Notes under the pieces: model-generated
The model's input: the letters and a program-made list of their open reading frames with translations, nothing else
Told to the model about the DNA's origin: nothing
The model's database searches: none
In this document: in pieces, positions 58,901-64,000 of the stretch
How positions within the stretch are numbered: position 1 is the first letter of the stretch
How the letters are laid out: each line of letters opens with the position of its first letter
Translations under genes and position numbers: made by a program
Assembly: GCA_903951425.1 (NCBI GenBank)
Contig: CAJBBX010000118.1
Location: 85,273 to 149,272, forward strand
DNA: 64,000 bases
From: an uncultured Chthonomonas sp.
GTDB taxonomy: Bacteria; Armatimonadota; Chthonomonadetes; Chthonomonadales; CAJBBX01
Direction: 5' to 3'

Positions 58901-59436
58901 ACGAAGACCATGCGGCCGATGCGGGCCGTATCGAGCTTGCCGTCGGCGTCCACGGACCAATCAGGCTGGGTCCATTCGCGCAGCGGCGGCAGCTCCACCA
59001 GGCTCCAGCCCCGCCGCTGGTAGACGCTGCCGGGGATGGGGGCCGTCCACTGTGCGTCAGTCCCGTCGGCGGCGCCGCCACTCTCGCGAAGGATGAGGCC
59101 GCCGTGCGCCGGGCCGCCCGCCTTGCTGCCCAGGATGCGGAACCGGATGCGCGTATCGGGGCTGAACCGAAGGTGCGAGACATCCGTGCCCCAGGTGGCG
59201 CGAACCATATCGACGCGCTGGTTGCTGAGCGTCACCTCCAGCGACCAGCGGCCGTCGAACGCGGCCGACCGGCTGCGTCGCACGGTGGGATCGGGCCCCA
59301 GCTCGGCCCCCCAGCCGCCGGAGTTGTCCTCGAAGCCGTCCAGCAGCGTATAGGCGCCGGGCCGTGCGGAGCCGTCCGTAGCCACGGCGGGACCCGCGGC
59401 GCAAGCCACGGCCAACAGAGCAAGCATCCAGCGCAT
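55963..59436 (-). CDS. Secreted DUF5696-like glycoside hydrolase with N-terminal CBM-like domains
   Basis: Signal peptide, LLDGFED jelly-roll start, PYNNYCD, YCDVHTA, FSEG. Confidence 0.55.
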   Translation of the reverse strand: MRWMLALLAVACAAGPAVATDGSARPGAYTLLDGFEDNSGGWGAELGPDPTVRRSRSAAFDGRWSLEVTLSNQRVDMVRATWGTDVSHLRFSPDTRIRFRILGSKAGGPAHGGLILRESGGAADGTDAQWTAPIPGSVYQRRGWSLVELPPLREWTQPDWSVDADGKLDTARIGRMVFVAQHEAAGGARPFAFHMDALEASDVAPRTGTKTLAGVETSPGPVRPALRGFVGRRRAHPAQVTFDNISGWTATAYGEMAVRFVRSPEEPLFGKPTGKLTYSSSDGTGRIVLIPPRPIALPARWNAVQAWVFGNNWDWMPDPTTPQVEIVLLVRDRTGETHRLPTGRVNWKFWGLLHRTVPAAPAADPGRSYQGGDRNGRLDGPAAFVGLEIRNCGNKAPRTLYFDSVAFYTEALPRVAFAPQPPLPIPTRRDTIVPPPLSPVRLIVRRTGRSFVFASSNAHGEVGYVYTPNTGTLDDLEVRCGRSRFRPAVGCGPVWLVDGQAVEPDRRDVRRTLLSAVLAGDTLRTRWRWSLGPRSVEVVLSLRAVGRSLVHSWSCSRPEMAGLRLGRASGLAAGRYIPIPFYSLMGAGGAGAVADVDAFATHLPDWYATNASWFEGRALLETPAEVAYAGSVTYRPLTDGMRVPLNERCVLTVSPRFEEVLPSIPNPPSPMTAVLRSHMYTHLGGTAPNRFETWLARFREYKAYGIDNLIVTQHEDSWTEGGDVGQGPQEYTMTAEGPPDAGGDAGIRRYYTAMRALGYRVGPYNNYCDYSPLGKSWDEAYVTRTPENEWQRAWPPTFSIKPSKAVEMSALYGPRQVAKFGVNATYCDVHTAVAPWVYVDYQAGLPGAGKLRTTFEAYARILAMQRRTYGTPCFSEGSHHAFYAGLIDGSYGQMGLPDPPKQPLLLDFDLLRLHPQGADLSMLPGEAWSAGLYHTMATTIAYGHAGYFPVSDPADSLRYYHLMGALQRRMIQEPVVDIGYWDGSRFQQVSEALITGANERGTVRVRYRNGLTVWVNRSDAEKWEVPAGQGIVLTPSSWAATGPDGFLTYCTEAEGRRIGFVRDDALRFADGGGKEHDFGGLVTAGMVVVRGAPGAAEVIFGTPYPLRADAALLGRGAAFTVHDASGAQIGRAAVAAEPGGMMLLQPAPGAIRYRPAR

Positions 59437-59474
59437 CGTTCGGGGCTCCCCTCGCGGTTTCGAGTGCGACGCTG

Positions 59475-59502
59475 GTTCGCCGGGGCGGGCTCTGTTTCCT
59501 GC
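59475..59502 (-). promoter_or_regulatory. GCAGGA-N18-GAAC promoter-like motif (copy 4)
   Basis: Upstream of the DUF5696-like gene in the sense orientation. Confidence 0.6.
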
Positions 59503-59561
59503 AAGGTATGCTACGTCGGCATGAGCCATGCGCCCGGATACGGCGGCGCGGAGGAGGCCCC

Positions 59562-61625
59562 ATGGTTGGACTTACGGCGGGTGCGCTGGCCCTCCTGGCC
59601 GTGCCTGCGCTGTCGCACGGCGAGGCGGCGATCGACCGGAGGGCGCTCGTATCGCGCCACACGATCCGCTGGAACGATGCGCGAGGCGTGACGCCGCTGG
59701 GCAACGGGGAGTTCTGCTTCAACGCCGACGGAACCGGCCTGCAGACCTTTGCCGGCAGCACGCTCTCGCACTGGGCGTGGCACTCGGAGCCGCTGCCAGC
59801 CGGATGCACGCCCGTCGATGTGCCTCCCACGGGCACCGTGGAGCAGGGCCGCATCCTGGGCAACATGAAGCGGGCCTCGGGCAATGGCGCGCTGGACGGC
59901 TGGATGTTCCGCAACCCGCACCCGCTCAACCTGGCGCGCATCCGCTTCGTCCGGCCCAACGGCGACGCCATCCGCCCCGACGAGGTGAGCGGCATCGAGC
60001 GAAGCCACGACCTCTGGACGGGGCTACACACGGCGCGGTTCGTGCTCGACGGCGAGGCGGTCACCGTCGAGACCTGCGTCCACCCGAAGCTCAGCGCCGT
60101 GGCCATCCGCGCGCGGTCGGTCCTGCTCGGCTCGGATCGCCTGCGGATCGCCGTGGAGTTCCCGTACCCCACAGCCGACGCAAGTCGGGATTGGATCGGC
60201 GACTGGTCGCGCCCGGCGGCCCACTCCACCCGCAGGGAGGCGGCCCTCGGCGGGCTACGCGCCGATCTCATCCGCGAGGCCGATGGCGCCCGTTACGTGG
60301 CTTCGGTGGCCTGGTCGCGGGGCTGCATGCCTCGGCCCGCGGGCGATCCTCACGCCCTCCCGATGGCGACCGGCCCCAACGGCGTGCTGGAGCTGGTCTG
60401 CGCCTTCGCGCCAGAGCGCACGGCCCGGATCCCCTCGTTCGCCGCAACGGCCTCGGCGACTGCGCGCCACTGGGAGCGCTTCTGGCGGCAGGGCGGCGCG
60501 GTGGACCTCTCCGGCAGCAAGGACCCGCGCTGGATGGAGCTGGAGCGGCGCATTGTCCTTTCGCAGTACGAGATGGCCGTGAACTCCGCCGGGAGTTGGC
60601 CGTCGTCCGAATGCGGGCTGACGAACCTGGACCCCTGGCACGGCCAGTTCCACATGGAGATGGTCTGGTGGCACCTGGCGCACTACGGCCTCTGGGACCG
60701 CCTGCACCTGTCCGACGAGGCGCTGGGCTGCTACCGGACCTTCCTCCCCACTGCGCGCAAGCTGGCCGCCCAGTTCGGATATCGGGGCGCGAAGTGGGGC
60801 AAGCAGGTGGGTCCCGAGGGCCGGACCGCGCCGTGGGAGGGGAGCTTCGTCCTCCACTGGCAGCAGCCGCACCCGCTCTTCTTCGCCGAGCTGGAGTACC
60901 GCCTCCGGCCCACGCGCAAGACGCTGGAGAAGTGGCGCGACATCGTGCAGGAGACCGCCGAGTACATGGCCGACTTCCCCACGCGCGACGCCCAGGGTGT
61001 CTACCACCTGCGCCCGGTGATGGCCGCGTGCGAGGAGCCGACAACCTATGACCCGGTCTTTGAGCTGGCCTACTGGCGCTGGGGGCTGGACGCCGCGCAG
61101 AGGTGGCGCCGCCGCCTGGGGCTACCCACCGAGCCCCGGTGGGACGAGGTGCGGCGCGGGCTGGCGCCCCTGCCGAAGCGCGACGGGCTCTACGTCCTCT
61201 CGCCCGAGCGCACCGAGGTCCATGGCGGAAGCCACCCCGACGCGCTGGGCGTCTACGGCATGCTGCCCCCGCTGGAGGGGGTCGATGCGGCCGCGGCCCG
61301 CGCCACGGTGGAGCATATGGCGGCCACGTGGGACTGCATGGGCTGGGGCTGGGACTTCCCCTGGATGGCCATGGCCGCGGCCCGCTGCGGGCGCCCGGAC
61401 CTGGCCGTGGAGGCGCTGCTGAGCCCGCACCCCAACAACCGGTACGACGAACGGGGCATCAACACCGGCGGCCCCTGCCCCTACCTGCCCGGCAACGGGG
61501 GCCTGCTCTACGCGGTGGCCATGATGGCGGCGGGCTGGGACGGCGCCCCCGCGGTCCACGCGCCCGGCTTCCCCGCGGACGGCCGCTGGAAGGTGCGCTG
61601 GGAGGGGCTGAAGCCGGCGCTGTGA
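59562..61625 (+). CDS. Secreted six-hairpin glycosidase (GH65/GH95-like)
   Basis: IDRRALVSRH, GNGEF, ELERRIVLSQY, FHMEM, WQQPHP, WGWDFP, YLPGNGGLL. Confidence 0.75.
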   Translation: MVGLTAGALALLAVPALSHGEAAIDRRALVSRHTIRWNDARGVTPLGNGEFCFNADGTGLQTFAGSTLSHWAWHSEPLPAGCTPVDVPPTGTVEQGRILGNMKRASGNGALDGWMFRNPHPLNLARIRFVRPNGDAIRPDEVSGIERSHDLWTGLHTARFVLDGEAVTVETCVHPKLSAVAIRARSVLLGSDRLRIAVEFPYPTADASRDWIGDWSRPAAHSTRREAALGGLRADLIREADGARYVASVAWSRGCMPRPAGDPHALPMATGPNGVLELVCAFAPERTARIPSFAATASATARHWERFWRQGGAVDLSGSKDPRWMELERRIVLSQYEMAVNSAGSWPSSECGLTNLDPWHGQFHMEMVWWHLAHYGLWDRLHLSDEALGCYRTFLPTARKLAAQFGYRGAKWGKQVGPEGRTAPWEGSFVLHWQQPHPLFFAELEYRLRPTRKTLEKWRDIVQETAEYMADFPTRDAQGVYHLRPVMAACEEPTTYDPVFELAYWRWGLDAAQRWRRRLGLPTEPRWDEVRRGLAPLPKRDGLYVLSPERTEVHGGSHPDALGVYGMLPPLEGVDAAAARATVEHMAATWDCMGWGWDFPWMAMAAARCGRPDLAVEALLSPHPNNRYDERGINTGGPCPYLPGNGGLLYAVAMMAAGWDGAPAVHAPGFPADGRWKVRWEGLKPAL

Positions 61626-61786
61626 TCCCCTTGACCCAGTCCGCCCTTGCCGTCACTCTGAGGCGGCCCCAGTGCCGAAGCCCCCCCCTGACGAGCAAGG
61701 GCCACGGCGGGCCCGTGTTGACGACACTGACCGGACTGACGATGAGGCGGCGGGGGCTCGGCCCGCGCGCCGGGGAGGACCTGCCT

Positions 61787-64000
61787 TTGCCTGACACCAA
61801 GCTCACACGCCGCGAGGCGCTGGCGGCGGCTTCCGCCGCCGCGGCCCTGGCCGCCGACGGCGCTGGGGTCGCCGGAGCCGCCCAGCCGGTCGCGACGTTT
61901 CCTGATGACCCCTTCTCGCGGCCTGCCGCCTTCCGGACGCCACACTTCGAGACCATGGCGGGGTGCCAGATATCCGGCGACGTCAAGGCCCGGGCCACGA
62001 CCTACCGCACCACGAGCCTGAGCCTGGACACAGCCTCGGAGCCCTACCGCACGCTCTGGTGCTTCAACCTGCGGGCCGAGGGGCAGGCGGTGCTGGTGTT
62101 GGCCGAGCGAGTGCGCCATGCGCCGTCGGCAGTCACCTTCCGCGCGGCCAACCTCTCGTCCCGGCCCATCACCTTCTCCATGCAGATGCATGAGATGCCC
62201 TGGCAGCCGGGGAAGGAGGGCGACGCCGTGGCCTGGGGCGCGGGAGGCCCACGGCTGGAGCCTGGCCAGGAGGCGCTCCTGCGGTTCGACTTCGCCGCCG
62301 CCAAGCCGTCGAAACCCGTGGAGCGCGGTCCCGCCTGCCCGCTGGGGCCGCTCGTCATCGCGGCGCAGGGACTGGAGGCCGGCATCGACTACACGCTGCG
62401 GCTGGGCGAGTTCACGCTCCACACTCCGCCTGCGCCGTCGGTCGCGAGCCGCTTCGAGTGCCGCGCCGAGCTGCAGGCCGGGACGGAGATGGCTGCCGCG
62501 CTGCACCTGGCGCGTGGAGGCTCGGGCGGCCTGTCGCTGGAGTTGCGCCGCGACCCCTGGGTGCTTTGGCGCGTCCACCTGACCGACGACGAGGCCCGGC
62601 AGGCGCGCTCGGCTACCGGCGTCCAGCTGCGCCGCACCCTCCCGTGGTACGTTCGCGCGGGCCGCTACCGGCTGGGCCTGGCCGAGGCAGGCCTCCGCGC
62701 GGCAGGCGCCGAAGCGGACCTGACCGTGCGCAACAGCCGCCGGCCGCCCCTGCCGCGCGCCGAGAGCCGGACGCACAACGGCCGCCGCTCCCTCGTGGTC
62801 GACGGCAAGCCGGTGGCCTGGCGCGGCTACGCCTCGTACGACTACCAGCCGGGCAACGTAGCCGAGTTCGGCGCGCACGGCGCGAACGTCCTCTGCGTGC
62901 CCACGTGCGCGGGTCTGCACGTCTACCAGATCACGTGGCCCACGTGGGTCACTTCCGGCCGCACCGACTTCGGCGAGCTCGACGAGGCCGTCGCCTTCTC
63001 GCTGCAGGCCAACCCGGAGGCGCTCCTCTTCCTCCGGGTCTCCATGGCGCTGCCCCACTTCTGGTCGCAACAGCACCCCGACGAGATCGCCCTGGCCGAC
63101 ATGGAGCCGGGCCGCGTGCCCTGGTTGGAGTACGGCTCCACGCCGGGCGCCTCGATGGGCTCCGAGACCTGGCGCCGAACCCAGGCGCAGGCGCTGCGGG
63201 CGCTGATCCGCTACTGCAAGGTGCAGCCCTGGGCCTCCAGGCTGATCGGCTTCTGGGTCTGCGGCGGCACCACCGAGGAGTGGTTCGCCTGGGGCTCCAA
63301 CGACGGCCGCTACACCGACTACAGCGCCCCGGCCCAGCGCGCGTTCGACGAGTGGCTGGACGAGAACCGGCTGCAGGGCCTCCCGCCGGGCGAAGCCTCC
63401 CCGCCCGCGCCCGCGCAACGCCGAGCGCCCGGTCGCGACCTCTACGAAGGGACGCCGCAGGGCGCGTGGGCCGCCGCCTACCACCAGCACCTCTCGGACC
63501 TGGTGGTCGATACCATCGCCTACCTGGCCCGTGTGGTGAAGGAGGAGACCGCCGGGCGCTCGCTGGTCTGCACCTTCCACGGCTACGTGCTGCAGCTCGC
63601 CGGCGAACCCCGCCAGGCCCTCAGCGGCCACTTCGCGCTCCGGCGCCTGCTGGCCTGCCCCGATGTGGACGTGCTGGGCGGCATCCCGCTCTTCGAGGGG
63701 CGCGACCTGACCAACGGCTACGCCTCCTACGTCACCGCCTACGAGAGCGTACACGCCTCGGGCAAGCTCTACTGCAACGAGAACGACCTCTTCTCGTGGC
63801 TCCACCACAGCCTCTGGCACACGCTGTATGACGCCAATGACCCCCGTGCCGCGGCCATAAGCCTGCATCGGAGGGCCTGCGCCGAGGATGCCGTCTGCGG
63901 CGCCATGGCCCAGAAGTTCAGCCTGCTCGCCTCGTGGCACCACGACGCCCAGCTTCAGCGCGACTTCGCCAGGCAGGCCTCAGTCTACGCCTCGGCGCTC
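61787..64000 (+). CDS. Tat-exported GH42-like hydrolase, 3' end outside the window (not in the ORF track)
   Basis: GGAGG RBS and TTG start, MPDTKLTRREALAAA twin-arginine motif, in frame with the window end. GGTTEEWF, DYSAPAQRAF, ENDL. Confidence 0.7.
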   Translation, partial: MPDTKLTRREALAAASAAAALAADGAGVAGAAQPVATFPDDPFSRPAAFRTPHFETMAGCQISGDVKARATTYRTTSLSLDTASEPYRTLWCFNLRAEGQAVLVLAERVRHAPSAVTFRAANLSSRPITFSMQMHEMPWQPGKEGDAVAWGAGGPRLEPGQEALLRFDFAAAKPSKPVERGPACPLGPLVIAAQGLEAGIDYTLRLGEFTLHTPPAPSVASRFECRAELQAGTEMAAALHLARGGSGGLSLELRRDPWVLWRVHLTDDEARQARSATGVQLRRTLPWYVRAGRYRLGLAEAGLRAAGAEADLTVRNSRRPPLPRAESRTHNGRRSLVVDGKPVAWRGYASYDYQPGNVAEFGAHGANVLCVPTCAGLHVYQITWPTWVTSGRTDFGELDEAVAFSLQANPEALLFLRVSMALPHFWSQQHPDEIALADMEPGRVPWLEYGSTPGASMGSETWRRTQAQALRALIRYCKVQPWASRLIGFWVCGGTTEEWFAWGSNDGRYTDYSAPAQRAFDEWLDENRLQGLPPGEASPPAPAQRRAPGRDLYEGTPQGAWAAAYHQHLSDLVVDTIAYLARVVKEETAGRSLVCTFHGYVLQLAGEPRQALSGHFALRRLLACPDVDVLGGIPLFEGRDLTNGYASYVTAYESVHASGKLYCNENDLFSWLHHSLWHTLYDANDPRAAAISLHRRACAEDAVCGAMAQKFSLLASWHHDAQLQRDFARQASVYASAL

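Noticed and set aside
61688-61745. Hammerhead ribozyme (CTGACGA core)
   Set aside because: No downstream GAAA core or matching stems.
61508-63943. 811-aa minus-strand ORF, and similar shadows at 35386-37233 and 38933-41056
   Set aside because: Each lies opposite or overlaps a better-supported gene with family motifs and an RBS.
1-64000. CRISPR array, tRNA/rRNA, DGR/retron, intact IS or prophage
   Set aside because: I saw no spaced repeats, RNA-gene signatures, reverse transcriptase, DDE transposase or phage genes. The tandem repeats found are in-frame coding repeats.

Overview
High-GC bacterial DNA (about 70% by eye), most likely Armatimonadota, judged from two DUF1559-type prepilins with the [34 protein letters not shown]-terminus and a diderm-type secretin. 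It is probably a metagenome assembly, because a 14-nt Illumina adapter match breaks one gene. Layout: (1) 1-4.5 kb, sugar and redox genes. (2) A decayed Rpn/YhgA-like gene. (3) 5.8-18 kb, a type II secretion operon (gspE-F-G-H-I-J-K, L/PilMN-like, M/PilO-like, C-like, gspD, and a Gly/Met-rich secreted protein), divergent from an OmpR/histidine-kinase pair with candidate TTCAT-N6-TTCAT boxes between them. (4) 21-64 kb, about a dozen mostly secreted, multi-domain glycoside-hydrolase-like genes, two DUF1559 pilin-like genes, a UROD-family/ankyrin/GH50 cluster, melA-xylB and two orphan antitoxin-like genes. Most notable: FG/GM-rich low-complexity loops in the secretin plus a compositionally matching partner protein, a GCAGGA-N18-GAAC promoter-like motif before four carbohydrate or secreted genes, a CAZyme-dense region with pilins but no SusC/D or ABC importer, a GH32 with altered catalytic motifs, and a patch of atypical codon usage. 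I recognised no rRNA, tRNA, CRISPR array or intact transposase. All family calls come from motif recognition, not database searches.
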